In this document: one piece after another, positions 29,654 through 36,703 of the stretch | Layout: each line of letters opens with the position of its first letter | How positions within the stretch are numbered: position 1 is the first letter of the stretch | Source of the DNA: a virus | DNA length: 36,703 bases | Direction: 5' to 3' (one strand) | Virus record (IMG/VR): IMGVR_UViG_3300028498_000027 | Span: 1 to 36,703 of that record | Notes under the pieces: generated by a model | What the model saw: the letters and a program-made list of their open reading frames with translations, nothing else | What the model was told of the DNA's origin: nothing | Databases searched by the model: none | Position numbers and translations under genes: made by a program

Positions 29654-30910
29654 TTATGGTGCTAGAACACGCGCTGCATGGTTACCACGGATAGCAGCAA
29701 AGCCATATAGAACGTCAATACGAGTGCCTTCTGTATCTTGCGTGAAGTTACCGCCTGACTGCACACGTAACGCCATAGTCGATGCGTTGACCGTGTAACC
29801 TTCAAGACCTGCCAATACTTTCATTGGTGCAAATGCTGCTGCAAATGCGTCTTTTTGGAAGCATAGGGCTTGTTCAATCAGTGCGTTACTATCCATAACG
29901 AACGTGATAGCCGCACTGTTGGCTGGGCTTGCCGTTACTGTTGCGTTGGCTTTTAGCTGTGATGCGACGGTTGCAGGTGTGATTTCAGGGAAGATGCTAA
30001 GCGTTGCGGTTGTACCACCTGCTGTTACATCCTCTAGAACTACAAACTGCAATGGTACGCTGTACGTTTGGCGTGTGATTGGGTGGATTTGCTCAACACC
30101 TGCAATGGTAAATACTTCGCCACGCTTGATGGTATCGCCATTCGTTAAGCCGCCTACAACTAGCTCGCTGCCTGTTTGTCCTGCACCTGACACTGTTAAG
30201 CCAGTTTTAGCGTGTGAGCCAGTAGATTGACGATAGATATGCTCAGACTCGACAAACTCAAAGCCACGACTACGACCAATATAACCTTCTTTCCACTGCT
30301 TAGCGATTTCAGCCGTTGGATTGAACAACGTACCTGCTGGATCAACAATTTGGTTGGTCAGCTCAGATGACAACATAGACATACGGTCAACTGATGGTGC
30401 TAATGCGCGGTTGAGCATTGTACGAGCACGACCCCATGCTGCTGTTGGATGGGTTTCGCTTGCCAACATAGCAGTCATGTTGTTGACCGATACAATGGCG
30501 CGTTGTAGCAAGTCAGCATCGATTGATGTAGCTAGTGAGTTGATAGCAGGTTGCAAGAAGCGAGTCTTAAAGTCTGTCATGTTCAGCGTTAATTCAGCCG
30601 CACCAAACTCTAAACCTACGTGCTTTTGAGTATCAATTTTTAATAGCACCGATTTCTCTTGGGCGTTCTCGTTGGCATCGTCAGACTTAAAGACGTGGCC
30701 TTCTGTCACGATAGGCGTAGGTGGAACGCGAATGCGAACGCTATCGCCTTTTTTATAGCCTTGTGTGTCTTTGTTAAACTCTTTTTCACGGTTGCGGTTA
30801 ATCGCCTTAATGAATTGCGATTCTTCGACCAACATTGCAGCCGCCTCTTTTGCGACCATTTCATGAGTTAAGATTTTGTTGTTGCTGTTTTCGCTGTAGT
30901 TTTTAGCCAT
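29654..30910 (-). CDS. Major capsid protein, P22 coat-protein family
   Basis: 418 aa. Its position after the scaffold gene fits. GLTVSGAGQ...TIKRGEVFTIAGV parallels P22 coat GITVSGAQS...GMKRGDKISFAGV. Confidence 0.85.
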   Translation of the reverse strand: MAKNYSENSNNKILTHEMVAKEAAAMLVEESQFIKAINRNREKEFNKDTQGYKKGDSVRIRVPPTPIVTEGHVFKSDDANENAQEKSVLLKIDTQKHVGLEFGAAELTLNMTDFKTRFLQPAINSLATSIDADLLQRAIVSVNNMTAMLASETHPTAAWGRARTMLNRALAPSVDRMSMLSSELTNQIVDPAGTLFNPTAEIAKQWKEGYIGRSRGFEFVESEHIYRQSTGSHAKTGLTVSGAGQTGSELVVGGLTNGDTIKRGEVFTIAGVEQIHPITRQTYSVPLQFVVLEDVTAGGTTATLSIFPEITPATVASQLKANATVTASPANSAAITFVMDSNALIEQALCFQKDAFAAAFAPMKVLAGLEGYTVNASTMALRVQSGGNFTQDTEGTRIDVLYGFAAIRGNHAARVLAP

Positions 30911-30927
30911 GTTATTTCTCTCTTAGT

Positions 30928-31797
30928 TTATAAACCCCGTGACCGCATAAAGTCGTCGTCTGACTGGCTGTACTGGTCACGCTTAATAGGTGCGTTTGCT
31001 TTAGTGTGATTAGGTGGTTTTGGTGCTTTACTCTGTCTTGCAGCTTTTGATACGCCCTTTTTGGCCTGTATCGTGGCATGAATACGTCCAAACTCTGCGT
31101 ATTGCTTAGACGGTGGCATTTCTGCCAATTCGTAATACAAGTCGTGGTCAGCGGCAACGTGCTCTAGTAAATCCATCAGGTCATCACCTTGATAGAGTTC
31201 GCTAGGGTCGGCTTGGATCGGCTTATCTTGCATAAGCGTCGCTAGTTGCTGAAAGTTCTCTTTAAACTCAGGATTGGCCTTGAACCTTGCGTTAAAGGTC
31301 TGAGTTATTTCAGCATTGCGTTGTTCTTGCTGCTTAGCCTGTTCACGTTGTTGCAAGCGTTGGTCAAGTTTCCAGTCTTGGTGCTTTTCGTCATACTCTG
31401 CTTGTGCTGCAAAATACGAGTCCAGACCGCCTTCGCTATCAAGGTCGTAATCCTCAATATTTGGCTTAACTGGCGCACCGTCACCGCTAGCCGCTTGTTT
31501 GGGCTGCTGTGCTTGATTGCGCATTTGTTCCAGCTCTGCTTCAACCGCTTTCTTTTCGGCTAATATCTGCTGAATACGCTCACTTGCTCGACCTTTCTTT
31601 TTGGGTTCGGGTTCAGTCTCGGTTTCTTCTTCATCCGATTCATCACCGTCACTCTCAGCATCATCATCAGTCGCTTCCTCTGTGTCTGCTTGCGCTTCCT
31701 CATCATCTGCGTCCTCTGTTACTTCTACCGTTTCAACTTCCACGGTTTCGGCTGGTTCATTGATGCTGTCATCTTCTACGCTTGTATCAAAAGCCAT
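30928..31797 (-). CDS. Scaffolding protein
   Basis: 289 aa with an extremely acidic N-terminus and a helical, Gln-rich middle. It lies between the portal and coat genes. Confidence 0.75.
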   Translation of the reverse strand: MAFDTSVEDDSINEPAETVEVETVEVTEDADDEEAQADTEEATDDDAESDGDESDEEETETEPEPKKKGRASERIQQILAEKKAVEAELEQMRNQAQQPKQAASGDGAPVKPNIEDYDLDSEGGLDSYFAAQAEYDEKHQDWKLDQRLQQREQAKQQEQRNAEITQTFNARFKANPEFKENFQQLATLMQDKPIQADPSELYQGDDLMDLLEHVAADHDLYYELAEMPPSKQYAEFGRIHATIQAKKGVSKAARQSKAPKPPNHTKANAPIKRDQYSQSDDDFMRSRGL

Positions 31798-31894
31798 TGT
31801 TCTTACTCCAAATTTAACGATTCATCATCGGGGTTTACGTCACTAAGCGCAGTAATCCCATCCGTGACGTCGATAGGCTGCGAATTTTAGGCAT

Positions 31895-31919
31895 AAAAAA
31901 AGCCCACCGAAGTGAGCTT
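31895..31919 (-). terminator. Intrinsic terminator inside the head module, after the 87-aa ORF
   Basis: The minus-strand RNA reads AAGCUCAC-UUCG-GUGGGCUU (8-bp stem, UUCG loop) followed by U7. Confidence 0.8.
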
Positions 31920-31943
31920 TGTTTGGATTAATCGATTGGTTGG

Positions 31944-32207
31944 CTAGTCCCACTCAAAACGCAGGCTGTATGTAATACCGGTCTTTACACCATCATTGTA
32001 AGGTTGGGTTAGTTCGGTATAGTCCGCCACAAAATAACCCTCATGCACCAGAGTATTGGTAGCTCTAAAGACCTCATCAATAGTAAATTTAGACAATCTA
32101 GCCTTGTTGATATCCAGTCTTACAACACCCTCTTGTCTGCAACGTTGTATTTTCTCAGATATATAAACGTAAGCCTTATTGTGGTCAGCGTCATTAGTGT
32201 GCAGCAT
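31944..32207 (-). CDS. Hypothetical protein, moron-like insert between the portal and scaffold genes
   Basis: ATG at 32207 (AAGGAG SD, 7-nt spacing). 87 aa, no motif recognised, and followed by its own terminator. Confidence 0.6.
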   Translation of the reverse strand: MLHTNDADHNKAYVYISEKIQRCRQEGVVRLDINKARLSKFTIDEVFRATNTLVHEGYFVADYTELTQPYNDGVKTGITYSLRFEWD

Positions 32208-32233
32208 AATCAACTCCTTGTTTAATAGAGTTA

Positions 32234-34492
32234 TTATAGCATTTCATCGCTTTGTGGTGGCGGCATTTGCACATCATCAGGCATAGGCTGCTCAAACTCA
32301 CCTTGCGGCTGCTCAGGCATCATCATGTCATCAGGCGGCATCTGCACTGGTTGCATTGTTTCAGGCTGTGGCGGCTGCATAGGCTCGTCATTAGACGTAT
32401 AGCTGTCGATATCCTCACCTTGCGTTGACCACTCTTGCGGTGCGTTCTGCATTTCTGCCATTGCTTGCTGTAAATCAGCCGTTCTATTCAAGATAGTTTC
32501 AAGTGCGCTGCTAAATGCCTTGGTTTCTTCTTGATCGGTTCTACCTGACTCACGAATACGAGCCACTTCAAGCTCAGTCTCTTGCTTAATCTCAGCTTTA
32601 AGCATTTCAAGTTCGCGGTCTGCTGATTTATCATTAAGCTGCTGTGATGCCTGCTGTAATGCTTGCTCAGTCTGCTGCATTTTCTGCTGCATCTGCATTA
32701 TTTGCTGTTGTAGCTCAGGCGGCAGTTGTGGTGCTTCACCATCTTCCTCGCCTTTAAGCTGTGGTGGCAATAGCATTTTTAGGCGGTCTGCAATCTTGTC
32801 TGCATCAGGGAAGTCAAACGCTCGAATAATCAAGTCGCCTGATATTTCCATCAACTGCGGATAAGCTCGCCCAAGCTCAATCAACACTTCTCGCGCTTCT
32901 TCACGCTGCGTGTTGTAGTCTGCACCTGCTGCAATGCGAATGTCGTACTTACCAACGGTCACATCGTTATACATACCATTGATGCCAAGCTCAGCATCTT
33001 TTAGCTCTTTTTCGTACTTACCAACAAGTGGCGAATCAGGCGGCATGTTGATAACCAACGTCTTAAACACCTCATCATCTTGCGTAATACGCAGCACACG
33101 AGGCGTATCGTAGTAATGCGGTATCATCGATAAGATAACGCGCCCTAAGTGCTCATAAGCTCGTTTAAAGTTATCTAAGAAGTGAAAGTTACCTTGGTCA
33201 GCCTGGCGTTGTCTTGCCATGATTGCGCGGCCTGACGTTTCATTGCTTTGCTGACCTAGTGACGCATCATTAATACCTGTTGTGCCTTTGATTTCATCAG
33301 CACTGGTCATTACTTCACGCATCAAATCAGGCGAGCCTTGATAAGCGGTTGCCATGAATGGCGGTGCGTATTGCTCACCATTCTCACCTGTTGAGTTGTA
33401 CGGCAAGAACGTCATGTTAGGGTTGTTTGCGTCACCCCAATATGATTCGTAACCCTCAATGCTGCGACCATCAGCCACCCACGGCCTGTTACCTGCTTTT
33501 TGTAGCTGTTCAAGCTGTGCTGTGCGAGCGTAATTGTAGATAATCTGTGGGTCTTTGGCATTGGTGATTAGTGAGTTCCAATAACGCTTATTCTTAACCC
33601 ATTGCTCATCACCAACGACCAAGATAATAGGGATAAAATCCGCTTTAATCTCAGTCTGCTCTAATACAGCATCACGGCTGCATTTGTACCACATGATTTT
33701 CTTAGTCTGTGTCTTGCGCTCATCTGCAATGACTAGATTTGGATCACCTTCATACTCATCAATCTTGGACTTGAGTAATGTCGTACCGTCTTGCAACAAG
33801 TAAAGCGTGTCTTGGATAAACTCAACACGGTAATACTCAGCAACAAACACGGTATCTTCTGACTGCCAATCCATCGCCTCGGTTATATCATCAACACTTA
33901 CTGGCTCAAAGCCTGGAAACTGGTTTTTAAAGTCAGCCTTGCTCATCCATTCGCCAGTGATTGCTTCTGTTGCATCACTACCAAACGGACACTTGATTTC
34001 AGGTGACAAGTAAGTTGATTGCGGATTTTCTATGCGCTTAACTTTGATGTCTTGGTTAAATGACAACTCATTCTCATAGTCAGTCGTCACACGATAGAAG
34101 CCAAAACCGCCCATAATGGCGCGACCACCTGCCCAGTCCGTTGCAATGTCAGCACGGCTAGACTTAAGCACATACTCAAGCATGGCATCTTGTATCTCAG
34201 CCTTGCCTACATCACTGTCATCGACTGGAATAGCGTTGAGCGTCATCTTGTTAGCGCGTAGAGCATTGGTCTGTTGATGCACGAATGAGGCTATCTTGTT
34301 GATAGTGACACAAGGGCGACCAGCATCAGCGCGTGACTTGCGAGAAGCTGCGTCCCATTGCGCCTCTTTGTTGACGCAAAACTCAATGTCATCTGCTGCT
34401 TGCTCGTAAATATCGTGCCAATAATCCTCGGCACGTTTGCGGAAATCTCGCATTGACTGCAAGATGTCTTTTTTATCTGTTTTATCAGTCAT
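32234..34492 (-). CDS. Portal protein (P22-like, with a long C-terminal coiled-coil barrel region)
   Basis: The preferred start is ATG at 34492, 12 nt after the TerL stop. The track start is TTG at 34516. About 752 aa, immediately after TerL, with a C-terminal helical Q/E-rich segment followed by a Met/Pro/Gln-rich tail. Confidence 0.88.
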   Translation of the reverse strand: MTDKTDKKDILQSMRDFRKRAEDYWHDIYEQAADDIEFCVNKEAQWDAASRKSRADAGRPCVTINKIASFVHQQTNALRANKMTLNAIPVDDSDVGKAEIQDAMLEYVLKSSRADIATDWAGGRAIMGGFGFYRVTTDYENELSFNQDIKVKRIENPQSTYLSPEIKCPFGSDATEAITGEWMSKADFKNQFPGFEPVSVDDITEAMDWQSEDTVFVAEYYRVEFIQDTLYLLQDGTTLLKSKIDEYEGDPNLVIADERKTQTKKIMWYKCSRDAVLEQTEIKADFIPIILVVGDEQWVKNKRYWNSLITNAKDPQIIYNYARTAQLEQLQKAGNRPWVADGRSIEGYESYWGDANNPNMTFLPYNSTGENGEQYAPPFMATAYQGSPDLMREVMTSADEIKGTTGINDASLGQQSNETSGRAIMARQRQADQGNFHFLDNFKRAYEHLGRVILSMIPHYYDTPRVLRITQDDEVFKTLVINMPPDSPLVGKYEKELKDAELGINGMYNDVTVGKYDIRIAAGADYNTQREEAREVLIELGRAYPQLMEISGDLIIRAFDFPDADKIADRLKMLLPPQLKGEEDGEAPQLPPELQQQIMQMQQKMQQTEQALQQASQQLNDKSADRELEMLKAEIKQETELEVARIRESGRTDQEETKAFSSALETILNRTADLQQAMAEMQNAPQEWSTQGEDIDSYTSNDEPMQPPQPETMQPVQMPPDDMMMPEQPQGEFEQPMPDDVQMPPPQSDEML

Positions 34493-34503
34493 TGCGTATC
34501 TCT

Positions 34504-36063
34504 TTAGCCTGCCCAACCACGTGATGCGATGGGCTTTGGTAGTTTGGGTGTGCTGTTTGTTTTGTTAATGTCGTCGTACATTTGAGCGTATTGCATCAAA
34601 GCATCTGCTGCCTCACTGTGACCGCCCGTCTTATCAGGTTGACCAGTAAAGCATTGCAGCGTGTCGCTCCATTTCTCTTTGTACTCGTCCAAGTGCATTA
34701 AGCCGTCTTTACATGCGCTCTCATCGAACCATAGGTTTTTGAATATCTGACGCAGTTTGTTTACAGCTTGTATCTTCTCAGCGATACGAGGCACGACAAG
34801 TATATTTCTAAGACCTAAGTTTTTGAGCATCTGCACTGGTGTTATGTTGATTTTCTCGCCTTGGCGAACATGAGCGCCGTCATGGGGTAAGTAGTGGTTG
34901 CCGTACACATAACCAAGCTCGTTAAGCTCATTGACATAGTATTCGTAAGGCTCGCCCCAACCCTCAATAAAGCCGATGACATAATCTTGCACACCTATGC
35001 GCTGTATTAGCCAAATAGCCGTACCATCGCCGCTACCAATATCCCAAACAGTGTTGACCACATGGCCAGACTGATAAGGCACCTTGGTAATGCGCTGCTC
35101 TTTGCGAGCCAGTGTTAGTTGCTTGACCAGATAAGCGCCCTTGGTTGACTTCTTAAACGCCTCATCTTCGGTTGACGGGTATTCTTGCCACATCTTGCTA
35201 TCCTCGCCGCCAAAGTCGTTATCGCGTGTTGCTACCCACCAAGCGCGTTGAGCCGCATCTATCATCACGCCTAACTTAACCTCAATACCATCAAAGTAAA
35301 TTTTCTCTGCGGCTGATATAGCGACACTATCGGGGTCTGTTCTGTATTCGTCAGCACTATGCCAAGGATAAAAGAATAGCTTATATTGCTTGTTACTCAG
35401 CTTAGGCAGATAACGATTTTTCTTACTCACCTCAACCATGTTAAAGAAGTGACCAACACGACCTTCGGCGGTGCTTTCAATAATTACAATGCCGTTGTTT
35501 GATACTGTTGGAATCGAACCAGTGATAACCTCATCAGCGCGTTTGGGGAACTCAGCGCAAATCTTACCGAACTCTGATACATGCAGATATTGCAACGTAC
35601 CTGAGCGCATAGACGTACTTACTTTGATACTGCTGCCATTATGAGCAAACATAAGCTCATCAGCACTGTCGCGCTTTAATGGCATTGCATTGCGTAATGA
35701 TGACGGTAAGTTGTCATAAGCAAACTTGTACTTATCCCTGAATATCTTACGTGCTGCATCCTCTGTGTGAGCCACAACACCTGCGCGGATATTGTCACGG
35801 AATAAAGCGCAGTCTAAAAAGTAGATAGCGATTGCTGTAGTAAAGCCAAGCTGACGCGCTTTTAATATGATGTTTCGATAATGTAAGTTTCTAAGAAACT
35901 CTATTTGCGCCATTGTCGGAATAAATGGAATAACAAGACCGTCTTTGCCCTTATCGTCTTTGATCAGAATCTTATAGAGTTTGCCGCTAGTAATTCGCCA
36001 CCACGGGTCGGATAAGTTCTTTTTTAACTCGTCCAGTCCTGTGCTTGCGATAGCGTTAGTCAT
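34504..36063 (-). CDS. terL: Terminase large subunit
   Basis: 519 aa. It has the Walker-A-like segment ILKARQLGFTT and a C-terminal nuclease-type region. Its start overlaps the TerS stop (ATGACTAA). Confidence 0.9.
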   Translation of the reverse strand: MTNAIASTGLDELKKNLSDPWWRITSGKLYKILIKDDKGKDGLVIPFIPTMAQIEFLRNLHYRNIILKARQLGFTTAIAIYFLDCALFRDNIRAGVVAHTEDAARKIFRDKYKFAYDNLPSSLRNAMPLKRDSADELMFAHNGSSIKVSTSMRSGTLQYLHVSEFGKICAEFPKRADEVITGSIPTVSNNGIVIIESTAEGRVGHFFNMVEVSKKNRYLPKLSNKQYKLFFYPWHSADEYRTDPDSVAISAAEKIYFDGIEVKLGVMIDAAQRAWWVATRDNDFGGEDSKMWQEYPSTEDEAFKKSTKGAYLVKQLTLARKEQRITKVPYQSGHVVNTVWDIGSGDGTAIWLIQRIGVQDYVIGFIEGWGEPYEYYVNELNELGYVYGNHYLPHDGAHVRQGEKINITPVQMLKNLGLRNILVVPRIAEKIQAVNKLRQIFKNLWFDESACKDGLMHLDEYKEKWSDTLQCFTGQPDKTGGHSEAADALMQYAQMYDDINKTNSTPKLPKPIASRGWAG

Positions 36064-36535
36064 CTTTAGGCTCGATAGTGTTGCCGCTTATTTGTTTGAT
36101 TAACTCATTGATAGGACTTACTGTTACGTCCAGCTCTTGCTTATCACGCCATCTAGCAGGCTGTCTGTTCTTTAACCAAAAGATAGCGGCTGTGGTATCA
36201 GGCTGCACATGCTTTGTCGTTGGTACGATTAGCGGCTTACCTTGGTTATTAAATATCTTATCTTCATCATGCTCATAGCCAATGGCACGTTTATACAATC
36301 GACTAGCTACTGTTGCGTCAGCCTCAACCTTGCCTCTTTTTATGGACTCAAGAAATTCAGGATGCTTTAGTTTCCAGTTATTGATTGTCGTCTCTGACAC
36401 CTCAAAGAAATCAGCTATATCTTTATCAGTCGAGCCAAGTAAACAAAGCTTCTCTACTTGTCTGTTGTAGCTCTCTTTGTACTCAGTTGGTCGCCCTGCG
36501 TTACTCAACACGCCGTCGAGCATATCGTCATTCAT
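36056..36535 (-). CDS. terS: Terminase small subunit
   Basis: 159 aa. GRPTEYKESYNRQVEKLCLLGSTDKDIADFFEVSETTINNWKLKHPEF matches the common HTH-type TerS N-terminus. It has a GGAGGG SD. Confidence 0.85.
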   Translation of the reverse strand: MNDDMLDGVLSNAGRPTEYKESYNRQVEKLCLLGSTDKDIADFFEVSETTINNWKLKHPEFLESIKRGKVEADATVASRLYKRAIGYEHDEDKIFNNQGKPLIVPTTKHVQPDTTAAIFWLKNRQPARWRDKQELDVTVSPINELIKQISGNTIEPKDD

Positions 36536-36560
36536 CGTATGCCCTCCGGCAATTACATAT

Positions 36561-36585
36561 AAAAAAGCCCATCAATCAAGTGGGC
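36561..36585 (-). terminator. Intrinsic terminator upstream of the terminase genes
   Basis: The minus-strand RNA reads GCCCA-(9-nt loop)-UGGGC followed by U6, about 20 nt before the TerS SD. Confidence 0.6.
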
Positions 36586-36596
36586 AAACTGGTTAT

Positions 36597-36703
36597 TTAC
36601 TTGCTACACGCATCAATGATATACAGCTTATCTCTAGCATCTGCATTGCCACACGCTGCACGTTCTTTTAACTTATCCAACCAATACATCTTAGCAATAG
36701 GGT
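36597..36703 (-). CDS. Hypothetical 53-aa protein, C-terminal part (same ORF as 1..110 across the circular junction)
   Basis: In-frame continuation ...PIAKMYWLDKLKERAACGNADARDKLYIIDACSK with the stop at 36597..36599. Bases 36649..36703 duplicate 1..55. Confidence 0.35.
   Translation of the reverse strand, partial: PIAKMYWLDKLKERAACGNADARDKLYIIDACSK
36649..36703. repeat. Terminal direct repeat, copy 2 (identical to 1..55)
   Basis: Exact 55/55 identity with the window start. Confidence 0.97.

Noticed and set aside
30912-31157. An 81-aa minus-strand ORF overlapping the 3' end of the scaffold gene in another frame.
   Set aside because: It lies in an alternative frame of the scaffolding gene and has no SD. 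The 30928-31797 frame has the expected scaffold character, and the coat gene starts right after it.

Overview
The window is a complete, circularly closed genome of a temperate lambdoid phage with a P22-like short-tailed virion module. The first and last 55 bp are identical, so the unique length is 36,648 bp. Two transcription arms diverge from a CI/Cro immunity switch at about 7.75-7.87 kb. They converge on an integrase and tRNA-like putative attP region at about 16.6 kb.

Plus-strand arm (7.87-16.55 kb): CI repressor (HTH plus S24 peptidase), terminator, consensus PL-like promoter with two operators, a block of small early proteins, a RecT / YqaJ-exonuclease / SSB recombination module, HNH endonuclease, DUF551 protein, AlpA-type excisionase and a P4-type tyrosine integrase.

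Minus-strand arm (from 7.74 kb leftwards, through the circular junction, down to 16.73 kb):
- Early and replication genes: Cro, Rha, small proteins, an O-like initiator with an iteron origin inside the gene, DnaC-like loader, RusA, P-loop kinase, NinB-like protein, DUF1364 protein and the Q antiterminator.
- A promoter- and terminator-bounded cassette of two acidic genes.
- Head genes: TerS, TerL, portal, scaffold and P22-type coat.
- Tail and ejection genes: gp4-like and gp10-like tail accessory proteins, a GNAT acetyltransferase, four ejection/internal proteins (one with a lambda-R-like GH104 transglycosylase domain) and a pectate-lyase-fold tailspike.
- Lysis genes: three holin-like membrane proteins and a GH108 endolysin.

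I saw no tape measure or tail tube genes, CRISPR array, reverse transcriptase or transposase. The host cannot be determined from the sequence alone.

Most interesting observations:
1. The cassette downstream of Q (136-1143) has a strong promoter with a palindrome over its -10, a very acidic 119-aa protein, an acidic protein with a ribbon-helix-helix-like C-terminus, and a terminator. This is the architecture of acr-aca / anti-defence operons.
2. An OOP-like antisense RNA unit (consensus promoter plus intrinsic terminator) lies opposite the leader of the replication gene.
3. A reverse-oriented lipoprotein moron abuts the tailspike gene.
4. A GNAT enzyme is translationally coupled inside the ejection-protein block.
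5. A degenerate, full-length tRNA-like element sits next to int.

All functional calls come from motif recognition by eye and from synteny. No database search was run.
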